From Euprymna scolopes (lineage: Eukaryota): 64,000 nt of DNA. The first letter of the stretch is position 1. Each line of letters starts with the position of its first letter. The stretch is from the NCBI GenBank assembly GCA_053919585.1, contig CM132786.1, one strand, 5' to 3'. The translations under genes were made by a program, and so were the position numbers. Positions 1 to 11,939 of the stretch are shown here, one piece after another. Under the pieces are notes generated by a model. It saw only the letters and a list, made by a program, of their open reading frames with translations. It searched no databases and was not told the origin of the DNA.

Positions 1-182
1 CCATGGTTCTGAATTCAAATATACATGTGTTACGATGTAAAACTTCATAGTTTGTCCATTGTCACTGGTATTCAGCATTCCAAGGGGCTCATAAGAATAT
101 ACCATATTGCAAGTAATGACACTTTTTGCTCCATAAATTTTTACCTATCCATTAGACTTTTCTGAAACTTGTCCACAATGAC

Positions 183-231
183 ACTTTTCTTTGGCCACAT
201 GTCTAAGATCAAAGTGTAGTATCTGTTCTTA
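183..231 (+). pseudogene. U2: U2 snRNA 5' fragment (truncated pseudogene)
   Basis: ctaagatcaaagtgtagtatctgttctta (203-231) matches the conserved U2 5' region including the branch-point-pairing GTAGTA. Upstream ttctttggccacatgt is a diverged version of the U2 5' end. Similarity stops at about U2 nt 50. Confidence 0.8.
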
Positions 232-333
232 ACCGATGCTGCACTTGTTTGTAACTAATAAGTAAATGTGTTACGGACCGATGGACAGGGAATAGTTTTT
301 TTTTTTTAAATGCATACCACAGAATAGTTTTTT

Positions 334-838
334 TAGTTGTGTGCAAGCAACTCTATAAGTCACACAGTCGGTCGCTCGGTCCGTAACACATGTACTTTTT
401 ATTTGTTTTTATGGTTATTATACCACTATTTATTGGTTTTCGCGGTTCCTGAATACGAAATAACGTTTCAAATTCCCTGAATCAAATAAGTTTTGTGATA
501 TAAAGTGGGGGATCACTTTTCTGTATGAATTTAATATAAAATGATCACCCACTTTAAAACCAGTCAGTCTCAAAGCCATTCAAGTCATTCTCCAGATCAT
601 TCAAGTTGTTTTTGAAGGATTCCAGTTATTTTTTAAGCATTCAAGTCATTCTTAAGCTTATTTAATTCATCCTTAAGTTCATTAAAGTAATTCTAAGTCA
701 TTTACTTTTTATTTATTTAGGTCATTTCAGCCCATTTTTCGGTCATTTTAGTTTATCTTTAAGAATTTCATGTCAATACTAACTTCACGCATTCATTCAT
801 TACCCGATAGCACGTGACTAATGGCTATCGGCCTTGTT
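334..838 (+). mobile_element. Helentron-associated / DINE-1-like non-autonomous element
   Basis: Subterminal inverted repeats tagttgtgtgc (334-344) and gcacgtgacta (810-820); gtcggtcgctcggtc microsatellite near the 5' end; 3' mini-hairpin ggctatcggcc then ttgtt; T-run flanks; internal degenerate attcaagtcatt-type repeats (about 575-780). Confidence 0.65.
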
Positions 839-2371
839 TTTACACTCCTTACATAAAGAAAACAGATATACACAAAATGCGAATATGTGGGTTTTTTTTT
901 TAATTTGGTTTCCTTGCAAATAAATAAAATCGTTCCGCTTAAGCGTTTTACTTTTTTTCGTTACTAATAAAATACACAAATACTATATCAGCATTTTACG
1001 AAGTTCTTTCTTTATTTATGATTATCTCACAGTTCTGAACATATTTTTTTAAGAATTCTAATACACACTAAACGATATAAACTATGTTGTTGCATAAATA
1101 GATACAATGGTCTCCTTAATTTAAAGTATAATTATATTGAAATAAAGAACATATTTATCTTTCACCCTTTCTCTATATTTTTGTAAAACTACATATATTT
1201 TTTATAAGACCCAACGGGTATTTGTATCTAAATTAATCGAAAAATAATGTAAAATAATGTTGCATGTCTCTAAATTAATTGAACAATATTCAGAAATATT
1301 GTTTTATTAAAGGACTTTAGTTATAATTGTACTTGTGTAGACCTCATAAAAACACAAACGGACTCCTATGGAAATTGTGCGATTCTAAGTTTAATATGCT
1401 TGGCACAAATATCTCGGATACAATACTCCTTTACTACTGTGCTTTTTTTTTCGATCTCCTCGGTAGAAAATAGTTACATTTCAAACATCTTCAAGAATGG
1501 AATCTATTTAGGGGTTTGTAATATCTCATTTTGATAATCTTTCTAATTCATGGTTATGTTCGTTATTTTTTTTTATTTTTTATTTTATTACTATTTTCAC
1601 TTCTTTTTGTATCGAATGTTAAATATATAGATCATTTGTCTCTTTGTCTCTTTTCGACATTGGTTTTTCTCCCCGGGGCAGATACTATGGCTGTGCATGG
1701 GGCTAGTAAATCTTTTCGTTAAGTAGTTCAGTTAAAATTCACCACAGTGTCGATAAGACAGGATTTCCGTGGTTTGTTGCTTGAGGCTCAGTCTTTTTAC
1801 GATGTCTATTTCAAGTAAAGTGGTTTTCCCTTTTAGTCATGCATTCTAGTATGCCTGCTTTGTGCCGCCATTTCTTTAGTTTCACTGTTGATCTGACAAG
1901 TAAGACCGATAATTTCTTGAATATTATTATTAGTATATTTTACCTCTAATATTACCACTCTTGCTACTGCAACTATTACTACTAATATGAATGCTAAATA
2001 TGCTAAATAATAAATTCTTAAATGAAATCGAAAGCAAAACTGTTTACACAACGTGGAATAAAGATATATTTAAATAGTTTATCTTTTAATCAAATAATGC
2101 TCCTATTTACAATGCCTCCCCACGGGACAGAGTTAGACACCAGAGTCGTTTTTTAATGTGGAGAAAAGGAACAAAAATAAAAATTGTCTCAGTCGTGAAG
2201 GATTTCTCCTCCACTAACAAAGAACAAGTAATTGAAGTGCAGCATCTGCTTAAAAAGCATATTTGTAGAATATTCAATTATTTTTATTAGATATTTCGAT
2301 AAAAATGAAGAATTCAAATATTTCAATCACACATTTTCTCTATTAAATTGTATTAAATTCTATTAAAAAGA

Positions 2372-2552
2372 CGCATCAAAAGAGCGATTTGAATTTATAT
2401 ATAAAATTCGCATCGCTCGTTTGATGCTTCCTTGTAACACAGCTTGATATTACAGTAGCTTTTTTTCCAAGAACTTCAAGTTTGTGCAATTCTGTCGTTG
2501 TAAACTATTTTCTCTCACATCCATAGTCAGTGTCTTTCACTTTGCAATCATC
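2372..2552. repeat. Local duplication of about 3153-3352, starting with a near-perfect 56-bp palindrome
   Basis: gcatcaaaagagcgatttgaatttatatataaaattcgcatcgctcgtttgatgc is self-complementary, and the downstream sequence is repeated at about 3153-3352. Confidence 0.75.
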
Positions 2553-2553
2553 A

Positions 2554-2790
2554 GGGCCCGTAGCGCAGTTGATAGAGACGTTGGATCTCTACAGTTCCAG
2601 GTGAGAATTGTCTGCAGATAGCGATTTCAATCCTACCTAAAGCCGACCAGAAGCTTACTTGGTCAAAACGTGGTGAGACGACAACAACTACTGAAGGCAG
2701 TAATTGCAGTAAGGAGATTAAGAGTTACTCTCCGTCGCGGTTACCATCTTACGAAGACCAGAGGAATAGTTGTCCGAAACGTCGTGAAAC
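2554..2790 (+). mobile_element. tRNA-derived SINE-like element followed by two degenerate hammerhead-like repeats
   Basis: tRNA-like start gggcccgtagcgcagttgatag (A-box-like) and B-box-like gatttcaatcc (2623-2633). Repeats gaccag..ttggtc-aaaacgtggtg and cttacga-agaccag..ttgtcc-gaaacgtcgtg are 111 nt apart. Confidence 0.4.
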
Positions 2791-5373
2791 AACTAAAAGA
2801 TGAAATTGGTCCCAATCAATAAATATATATATTTTTTTAAATTGTTACTTTATTTTCACAATTAACAGTTTCTTTTAAATGAGGGCATTTATCATTTCCG
2901 AGTATGCTGAAAACGAATATTGCACATATTTTTTTTTAAATTAAGTCATTTTCCGGATCGTAAACAATGTAATTCCTTGTGTTAAAAGTGGTGGTTATTG
3001 TTGTACGCGCAAGCGCGCATAATTTTAGCATGATTAGTATACTCACTATTCCATTAACAGATATAACATATGCTGACCAGTGACGTCAGGTGTAGTCTAG
3101 TTATAATATAAACTTAGTCTTGTTTGGTGTTGAAACCGTTCATCCGGTTTACAGCGATTTGAATTTATATATAAAATTCAAATCGCTCTTTTGATGCATC
3201 CCTTGTAATACAGCAATTAATTACAGTAATAAGTAATACAGTAATTGATATTGCAATAGCTTTTTTCAAAGGACTTCAAGTTTTTGGAATTCTGTCGTTG
3301 TAAAGTCTTTTCTCTCACACCCATAGTCAGTGTCTTTCACTTTGGAATTATCATCTTTCCTTCTTGTTAGAACATTTCCTCAAGTTGCATCACTATATAG
3401 AGCGATTTACATAAAAATGTTCTGCGATACGGCAAAACAGCAATTTATTTTACGCAACTTTCATATCTATTCATTATTTGTGTGTGTGGGGGGGCTATCT
3501 AATAAGATTGTGTGTCAATTTGTATCTATAAGTCTAGAGCAGTATAAGTTACGGGTAGCTTAAATGGTTCGGTTACAAAGGCGCTATCGGAACTTTTACT
3601 CGGTTTCCCCAATCAATATAAATTTTTTAAAAATGGCATAAAAATCACGTGACAGTGACATAAAAAATATATAACCCAGAGTTACAAAATTAGAATTGAA
3701 TGATTTTGGAGAAAGAATCTCGTCCCATTAAATAGTTAATAGACACTGCTCAATTAATTTGTAAAATCCTTAAAGCGATTGTATAAAACTGTTCATAGAA
3801 TAATTAACATTAATAAAATAGAATCGCAGTAATGGAAATGAGAAATTTATGTCAAGTTATATTTTTGTTTTTTACATAAATGGCGTGTATATGCGGTATT
3901 TAAAAATACTACTTAAAAATTAACTTGTCCGTACGTCCAGTGTTCCAAAAACATTATCATCGCAAACATTAATTAATGAGAAATAAGTAACTTTGCTTTG
4001 TAGTCGCTCTTTATCACTTAAAATGATTAAAACTATTTTCTCTCCAAAAATTGAAAGAAAAGCATCGCTGTCTGTTTACGGCTTCCAATTGCCTATTTTA
4101 TTTGATAATTCTTATATGTTATGCTGAGAGAAGACTACAAGAAATTTTTGTTATATTTTTTTTTAAATAAAATAAAAATGTGCAAGTGAATTGACATATG
4201 TTCCTTTATAATTAATACAAACATTATTCAGAAATAAACAAAAAAAAAAAAGAAATGTATTGTGCGTTGATTTTTACTTAAAAAATATCAAATGTTTTTA
4301 AATTAATTTATTTTAACTATAATTGTTTAAAAATGAATAATCTTTAAAAAAAATTATAATTCAACGTAATTTATTTATTTATTTTTATTCATTTTATTTA
4401 TTAGGTGTTTTAAAAACTTTCAACTGCCGTGGAATATCAACGGGTTCTGTTTGTTATGATTTATTTAATACTGTTATTCCTCTGAAGATATAAACTAGTA
4501 ACCCATTTTTAGCGTTTAAATTTCACTTTCTATTGGAATGTGTGTTACATGCGGAAATTTAGCGCACACAAATATGAAAAATAAATAGCCTTGCCTGTGA
4601 AATTAGCATTAAGGTAAACTATGAAATTAGCATTAAGTTAAGTTAAACTCACGTCTAAAAGTCTGTTCCAATTAATATGTTATAATATATATTTATATAC
4701 TCTGTCAGGGGAAGTTTTAAAGGGATACCGCGCTAGCTCAAGTATAACCTTGTTTTCAAATATGAGGTGATTAGTAATAAAAATAGAGAGAATGGAAAAG
4801 CGTTAAACTATGAACCTGAATGAAGTATCGAGATGACGTATGGCTGTGTTAAGTAATGAAAGTGATAAACTGAGCTATTATTTATGCCGATACTAACAAA
4901 CCTACTGCCGAACTGACTACCAAGTAGGTATACCATACTTGCACAAATGACTTACTTATGCTGTGCCAGCCAATAATTCTAAATGTTTTTAACATTTTTG
5001 TACCTGCTCCGTGTCTGATAGAGGTGTAGTGCCTATGCATGCTAATTTCTTACCATTATTTACTGGCCGCTCCAGTTTTACAGCTAGCATTGGCGATATT
5101 ATTTATCAGAATATAGGAAACATAATTCTGTTTTTAATACTTTATTGGCAAAATCATTCAAATATGCCATTGAATAAGAATAGCTGCCTTTTAACTAATG
5201 CTAAAAGCATTTAACTCTATTTTTACGTTTTAAAAAACTGTCGTTTATTATGAAAATAATTATTGTGTAATCCTTCTGATGTTCTTATGTAATGCTAGCT
5301 TATTAAAATTTCCAAAAAGGTACTCAGCTTAAATCTTCTTTAGGTCTACTTTGCTTTCTAATTCATGTATTAT

Positions 5374-5441
<68 letters not shown>

Positions 5442-5641
5442 GTATGTCGATGACTAAAAATATATTTTATAAAGCTCCCCTCTTTGGTAGAGCACTCTCG
5501 TAAATTATCTTACTCGCTACTTAATTTAGCTGAAATAATGCGAAGCTCGCGCTTTGTTTACAAACAAACGTTTGAGCCCTCTACGAGTGGCGAACGGATG
5601 TTTATTTAAATAGACGTCCGGACAGTTTAATTTCGGCCACC

Positions 5642-5713
5642 GATTCCGTAGTCAGGGGGTAGGACTGCCGACTGTCATCACGACGGTTCTAGGTTCGATC
5701 CTCGGCTTGGGAG
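5642..5713 (+). promoter_or_regulatory. tRNA-derived (Asp-like) internal Pol III promoter
   Basis: A-box-like tagtcagggggtagg, anticodon-arm-like gactGTCatc, canonical B box ggttcgatcc (5692-5701), 3' gggag as in tRNA-Asp. The cloverleaf is not intact. Confidence 0.7.
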
Positions 5714-5718
5714 AGGTG

Positions 5719-5779
5719 TTAGTCTAGCGGCACTGATGAGTTGTGAAACAACGAAACAGGTCTGTATGTCGATGACTAA
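5719..5779 (+). ncRNA. Type I hammerhead ribozyme (intact core)
   Basis: Stem I ttagtc-tag-cggca / tgtcg-at-gactaa; CTGATGA 5733-5739; stem II GTTG-tgaaa-CAAC; GAAA 5753-5756; stem III ACAG-gt-CTGT; predicted cleavage after GUA (A5766). Confidence 0.92.
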
Positions 5780-5782
5780 AAA

Positions 5783-5842
<60 letters not shown>

Positions 5843-5849
<7 letters not shown>

Positions 5850-6030
5850 ATATGGCGACTAAGCTACACTGAATATTCTGCGTTTCATCCACTGTAGGAT
5901 TCGTCATATATATTTTATGAATTACTAACTAGCTCTACCTACGTATTGAGCACTTTTGAAGTAAATACTTAAAGTTTACGCATAAATCTATACTTTCGTA
6001 TATTAAATTTATGTGAGTAAATGAAGTAGT
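5843..6030 (+). mobile_element. PLE 3'-end fragment (family 2) with inverted 5' arm carrying a partial hammerhead, between (TA)n tracts
   Basis: Minus strand 5861-5906 reads TGACGA-ATCC-tacagt-GGAT-GAAAC-gcagaatattcagt-GTA-gctt. Plus strand 5907-6030 is homologous to 33091-33198 and to 59501-59625 (minus). Confidence 0.75.
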
Positions 6031-6061
<31 letters not shown>

Positions 6062-6124
6062 CCTTATTGATTTGTGCTCTGTTCATTGTTTCGTGTGTCA
6101 ATAACTTGCATATTTTAATTTGTG

Positions 6125-6352
6125 TACAAGCTTTCTTAGAGCTGCACGCCTGTAGAACTCTGTTCCGTCTGCCTGCTTCCCACCGGACTACAACTTGGAT
6201 GTCTTCAAGTCCAACGTAAACAAATTCCTAATGAACCGCCCCCTTAAGTAAACACTTCATCAAATCTCCACACTAACGTAATGTACTTGCAATAACCCTA
6301 TCCCTGATAGGCTTCCGGGCCTTGATAAGTGGTGATCACCGTGTAAAAAAAA
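6125..6352 (+). mobile_element. CR1-like LINE 3' fragment
   Basis: Translates FLRAARL*NSVPSACFPPDYNLDVFKSNVNKF, followed by the shared 3'UTR and an A-tail. Homologous to 35184-35411 (minus). Confidence 0.75.
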
Positions 6353-6505
6353 GCAGACATACTTCAGAATAACTATAACTTAACGAGTTAAAATGTATTT
6401 GGTCTTGATAAATTTAAAAGAATGTATTTACATTATTTTGGAATGTTCTACATTATGTTTACTTTTTTTTAGATTTTAATAGTTTTATTTTCTACGTCAC
6501 CGGCA

Positions 6506-7350
6506 TTTTTTTTTTTTTACATGGTAGTCACAACTTATACAACGCTCGGAAGCCACTCGGGGATAAGGGTTATTGCGTATACAGTAATTAATGGGATAAT
6601 ATCGCGGTAATCCTTAGTAAAGGAGATTTGGTAAAGTGACTTATTTAAGGTAGCGGTTTATCAGAAATTTGTTGATGTTTGACTTAAAGACATCCAATTT
6701 GTAGTCAAGTGGAAAACAGCCAAACGGAAGTGTTCCACAGGCGTGCACTTCTAAGGAGGAGCTTTGTTCATGGAATCTACGTTTTGATTAAGGCACAGAT
6801 AAAGAGTGGGGAAGATTACTGAAAGTGGTTTCAGCTAGACGGCTTTTTTAGTAAAAGCTTGGCAAGGGGGGACCAGAGATTGGAACTCGGGCGAGCACTT
6901 GCCATGGAAATAACGATAAAACAAAGATAGGCTCACAACGTCTCTTCTGTCGGAGAGAGATCGCAGGGAAGAGAAAACGGGCATCCTCCACTAAGACACA
7001 AAGTCTATTTTGGCATCTGTCAATGCAGGATCGGCTGTTTTTAGCAGCTCCCAGATGTGGCAGCAGTACTCCATCTTTGGACGTACTTGGCTTTTATATA
7101 GATAGAGAATTGCATCAGCAGTGAGATATCTTCTGGGGCGGTAGGAGAACCCTACTATTTTTTCCAGCGACCTTTGCAACAGATTTTATGTACGTGTTCC
7201 ATTTCAGATCAGGAGTAAAGGTCGATCCCAGAAGCTTGCCAAAACATAGAGCCTTCCCAAGACGAGAGCGATTAATTTCAATTGATGCCCGATAGGGATC
7301 AGAGCGTTGGTGATGGAAAAATAGGAGCTTGGTTTTAGATGCATTAAAAG
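6506..7350 (-). mobile_element. CR1-like LINE 3' portion (decayed ORF2 C-terminus)
   Basis: ORF 6991-7179 LYLYKSQVRPKMEYCCHIW motif; downstream WNTSVWLFS.DYKLDVFKSNINKF; poly-T (A-tail) at about 6506-6518. Confidence 0.8.
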
Positions 7351-8269
7351 TAAATAAAACGGATGCGGTCGGATATCATGTTACCTTGATTAGCAAATCA
7401 AATAATAAGAGAAAAGCACTTCAATTGCTAAAAACTGATATGTCGGCAAAATTGTAGGGTAGAAACTCACATTTTTTACCACATTCCACTACACACCGGA
7501 AGTCGTCTTCTGGAGTTTCCAGTATTGCCATTGGTATGTGCTCATTCTCTTTCCCGTCGTGCATGTTATTAAGGAAAAGGGATTTTTTACCTAAATGCGA
7601 ATTGGGAATAATTTTCCGTTTGACCAATTTGGTACCCCTATAAGAGGAGTGTCATGTATATTGTTTTTAAATTCTTATTTTATTATTTAATTTTTATATT
7701 TTACAAACAATATATATATATATATATATATATGTACATATATACAAGCAGAATCACTCAGATAACGATATAACATTCTCAAAGAACAAGATATTCTTAC
7801 AAATAGGACAAAACAATACTTCAAATGTCGTTCAAATTGTAGTGAAAAGTAATCGTTTTGTCCGTCACCGAAATTAACGTTGTGAAAACCGCATTCGAAA
7901 ATTATATTATATACTAAGAAAATAAACCGGTAAGAGTCATTATTTTCTAATCAAATAGATCTAACATTCTCTCAGAAAAATAGACGTAAAGTTTTTCAAC
8001 GAACAGCATTTAATATAATTGAGAAAATAAGAGCTGGTATTAGAGAAAAAAGTGTTTGGGGAGTTAATACATTTTCCCCTTGAAAAAATTCTACAACTTC
8101 AAAGAACTTATGCTGCAGATATTTCAACAATAAGAAAATGCCGAAAACAGATAACAAAAAGCTGAAGAAAGGCAAGAGAAAATGGAAGAATGATTGTTCC
8201 ATCAACATTAAAAACTACAAAAACAACAGATTTAACAACATCAGTAAATAAAAAACCACATATTCACCA

Positions 8270-9073
8270 ACAAGAAATGCAAAAAATCAAGAATTATTTC
8301 TCAATGAACTAAACAATGAACATGACATAGCGTTTTCAAAGAACACAATACCGGACAAAGTAGATTGCTTTATATAATTTCCGATGATGCCTAAACGTTC
8401 GATGATTTCTTTAGAAGGTTAAAGACTTTTGTACAGTCGATCGCTAAGACTTGCATGATACGAAAGTATTCGTCTCCTTTTACGAAAGCTAGGAACTTTA
8501 GGACACAACAGGTTCGTGAACTACATCCTACATAAAACGACCAAGGCACTAGAGATCGCGGAAATCGTTAATTTCTAATCAGTAGCAATACAACACCTCC
8601 ATATAAAGAGATGGTTTAATTTGGCGAAGCGGGACGACCAATATTATTTAGTGTTCGCATCCGTTGTAAAATGTACTGTATTGACTTTGGTCTAGCAAAC
8701 GATTATGGCAGATTATTTAAAAAGTATCACATTTGATCACTGACCTTCTGTCGGCAGACAAAATGGGATTAGATGAAAGTTACTTGCGAAACTCGAAAGC
8801 GAGCCCAATTCAACTCTACAGGAATTACGTGAAAGATCACTATTTGCCAAGACCTGAAGTCCACTAGGTGTTAGGTAGATGGCGAGACAAAAATACCAGC
8901 CATGGGGAAACTTGGGTTAAATGTTAATTTGGTATTAACACACTTCCCCTTGTGCTGATGAATAGAGTGTATATAAAAAAGGTGATATCGTCTTTAAAAC
9001 CATGTACAAAAACTTAAGTTATTATTGATTGAATTCTAGAAACATAAATTGTAATGGATTAATTTCGATTACC

Positions 9074-9075
<2 letters not shown>
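8270..9075 (+). mobile_element. Decayed Gypsy-like gag remnant
   Basis: Fragmentary translation RLLLRKLG..H.RFVNYIL, DDQYYLVFASV, LLAKLESEPN resembles Gypsy gag N-terminal regions; many stops and frameshifts. Confidence 0.45.
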
Positions 9076-9118
<43 letters not shown>

Positions 9119-9217
9119 TACATAGGTTTAATAAGTATGTTGAGATACACTTAAGCAAAAGTTAAACACACATTAATTTTTTCGGAAATGAATCATCAAT
9201 AAAGGTGAAAGTTTTTA

Positions 9218-9260
9218 TTCCGACGAGTTTCAAAGAAATACTTTCTTTTCGTCAGTGGGA
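9218..9260 (-). ncRNA. Minimal type I hammerhead (PLE-type), weak stem I
   Basis: Minus strand: tccca-CTGACGA-AAAG-aaagtattt-CTTT-GAAAC-tc-GTC-ggaa; about 100 nt upstream of a (TA)n tract (9078-9116). Confidence 0.65.
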
Positions 9261-9617
9261 AGGAGTAAACATAATGCATTAATAATATATAAAAATATTG
9301 AAAGCAAGAAAGTTTACTTGTAAAATATTGAAAGCAACCCAATATAAAAAAGGATCATACTAGCGTGGAAGTGAAATGTAGAATAATCAAACAGATGGAG
9401 AGGTGTAAACATAAAAATATGGTTTCGCGTAAGAGCATGTTTCCATAGTTGTTAAGCCCAAAATCAGTGAATTCGGGAACGTGGTAGAAATAAAATAGCC
9501 ATGTTTATAGTAGTCCGAGCCAGTCGTTAGAAATTATAAATGGATCAAAAAATAACTATCTCAGTGGATAGGCACAAATGAATAAGTCAATTCTGTGAGA
9601 TCATCCAAATATATATA

Positions 9618-9739
9618 CCGTACTTTGGGGTAATTCCGCCAACTAAAAGAAAGTGGTATTTATATGCGTGGTTGCCAAAAGGTCACGTTTAGCAAGTTTG
9701 CGCAATTACCACGGACTTGGCCCAACTACCTCAAAGTAC

Positions 9740-9741
<2 letters not shown>
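9618..9741. mobile_element. Tc1/mariner-pogo-type MITE
   Basis: TIRs ccgtactttggggtaatt / aactacctcaaagtacgg, flanked by TA on both sides; 124 bp. Confidence 0.8.
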
Positions 9742-9811
<70 letters not shown>

Positions 9812-9813
<2 letters not shown>

Positions 9814-10124
9814 GAAAATTACAATTGAAAATGATCCAAGATGGTAAAATTAAAGTAAATTATAAATATTAAAGAATAAATATTTATAAAATTATCTCAG
9901 CCAGATATAAAAGCTCGATAATACCAAATAGGAAATAGAGCTTATAATATGAGCAAACAGTTAATGAAATATGTTAAAAAACACTTTGAAATGAGTTAAA
10001 ATATATTTAATCTGAAAAGGAAACACTAGATGAGCCATTACCATTTATCTACTGTTTCCTTTTCAGATTAAATATGTTTTAACTCATTTCAAAGTGTTTT
10101 TTAACATATTTCATTAACTGTTTG

Positions 10125-10131
<7 letters not shown>
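9812..10131 (-). repeat. (TA)n-flanked insert with 85-bp inverted repeat (probable PLE end with inverted arm)
   Basis: Arms 9947-10031 and 10047-10131 (2 mismatches, 15-nt spacer). One arm continues into an AAGCTC-N21-GAGCTT hairpin (9911-9943) and a 135-nt tail. Confidence 0.7.
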
Positions 10132-10174
<43 letters not shown>

Positions 10175-10299
10175 TGATCGCCCAGGGTTGCCCTGTCTTT
10201 AAACATGCTTAAATATTATATTTAAATGCATGTATATTTGGTATTTATTATTATAGGGCAATTCCCTATCAATAACAATATTGTACTTTATACATTGTA

Positions 10300-11760
10300 G
10301 TGATTCAAAATGGAAAATATGACTTGTGAAATATTGACAAAAGTGATTGTAAAATCAGATGAATCCGACGTAGCCTATGCCAGAAAAGTAAAGTATACAT
10401 CTAAATATCATTACCCTAAAAAGATTAAAGAATATGCCCAAAACCAAAAGTAACCCTAAAAAGGTAACTGAGAAGATGCCTTCCATCATTTCCAAAAGGA
10501 GCGGATCATGCAGAAAGAAAAGACATCATCCGCAACACCATATAGTCCATGTACAGAATTACATTGTAAAATAAACTTGTCAAAATTCTGTCAATCCTGG
10601 TCATAAAATACCGCATTGTAGAAGCAAACGTACAAAACTAGAGTTAGGCAGTAAAACAATATGGAAAGTCCTAAAAATTTAGGCAATTTCGTAAAATGTA
10701 AGCAATAAGACAAATTACATTTGCAGAAAATACAAAAGCCATCATGCAAGTTGGTTGGCAAGAAGATTAATTTTATTGGATTATTATATTTACCAGTAAA
10801 TTCGAACGGTAATATTAATCTATTTGGTGTGAAGTTATAAACATTAGAATTTACCAACCAACACTTTTTCACTATGGAATTACGTAAGAAACAAAAGGTT
10901 ATCATACGCAATTTCTTCTAAACCAAACTGTTTACGAAAAAAAATTCTTATCAAGTGAATTACATACAACTAATCAACGAAGATATTAAGACATAAAGCA
11001 CGGGATTCGAAACCGCCTAAAAAAGCATAGTAATAATTGAAACAAATGAAAGAAAAGAAAATCGTCACAAATGTAGTTCTATAAAAAGGAAATTATTCTT
11101 AAAAGCAAACAAACATTTTTAAATGTTCAGAAAAAAATAAGAAAATACCAAATCCGCCCAAATCGTAAGTACGATTCATAAATACTAACATGATCCGACG
11201 ATACCAGTTACAAAAATTTCAGTTTCTTTGTAGAAACATAGACACATTAATTTACTAAATATGTGCAGCGGAATTCAAACCTCATTCAGAAAGTAATTAT
11301 TTATATTGCAAAAGAAAAGCAAACCTAAAATTAAATTGTAAGACATTGGCGATACCGGGTATAACATACAAGATACGATACATACTTATAAACGCCCCCC
11401 CCCCAAAAAAAAATCAATTGAAAAACGTCACTCAGATGATACCAAAGACACATTACTGGAGGAGGAAAAGCCTATGTGCGCCATTTTTATACGACCAACA
11501 CTAATCAACCCTAGAAAAACGAGGATCGGATAAAATGAGAAAATTCAACGACCCGCTGATTATCGACTTAAAAGGATAATATATTAGCCAGATTTCTTAC
11601 GCTGTAAAAGGGCTTAGGAGAGGTGTGTTTCGGAAGCTCACCCACCCACAAGATAGGAACTCTACCTCACTTTATAAATAAAACAAATTATACCGACTCT
11701 AATGGTGCGTATACTTCGTCGTACACACCACTCCAGGTTCTAACCTAAATAATCAATCCG
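10300..11760 (+). mobile_element. Decayed, internally deleted Gypsy-like remnant (zinc knuckle/protease-like, integrase tail, PPT)
   Basis: TCQNSVNPGHKIPHCRSK knuckle-like segment, GKKINFIGLLYLPV..NLFGV, NQLKKRH-like integrase tail, purine tract aaaagggcttaggagagg followed by TGT at about 11606-11626. Confidence 0.35.
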
Positions 11761-11939
11761 ACAGAAACTGGGCTGTTTCAGTGGTCCAACTGATGTAACT
11801 ATTTTGTGCTGCCTTTTTGTGTTCTGTATAATGTTTTATTCTAAATAGAATTCACCTTACTTCTCATGAATATCCGTATCCGTTTTATCCTTGGTAACCC
11901 TTCTTTGCCACAAAATCTTAACGACGATGAACTTAAATT

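Larger units (their letters stand above)
5439..5792 (+). mobile_element. Retrozyme-like element: 322-nt monomer with tRNA-derived head and hammerhead, inserted in (TA)n
   Basis: 32-bp terminal direct repeat tctgtatgtcgatgactaaaaatatattttat at 5439-5470 and 5761-5792; long (TA)n on both sides; internal tRNA-like head and complete hammerhead. Confidence 0.85.

Noticed and set aside
1833-2051. 72-aa ORF with a hydrophobic stretch (possible membrane protein)
   Set aside because: Non-ATG start, AT-rich low complexity and many downstream stops. Adjacent frames look more like a decayed retroelement N-terminus.
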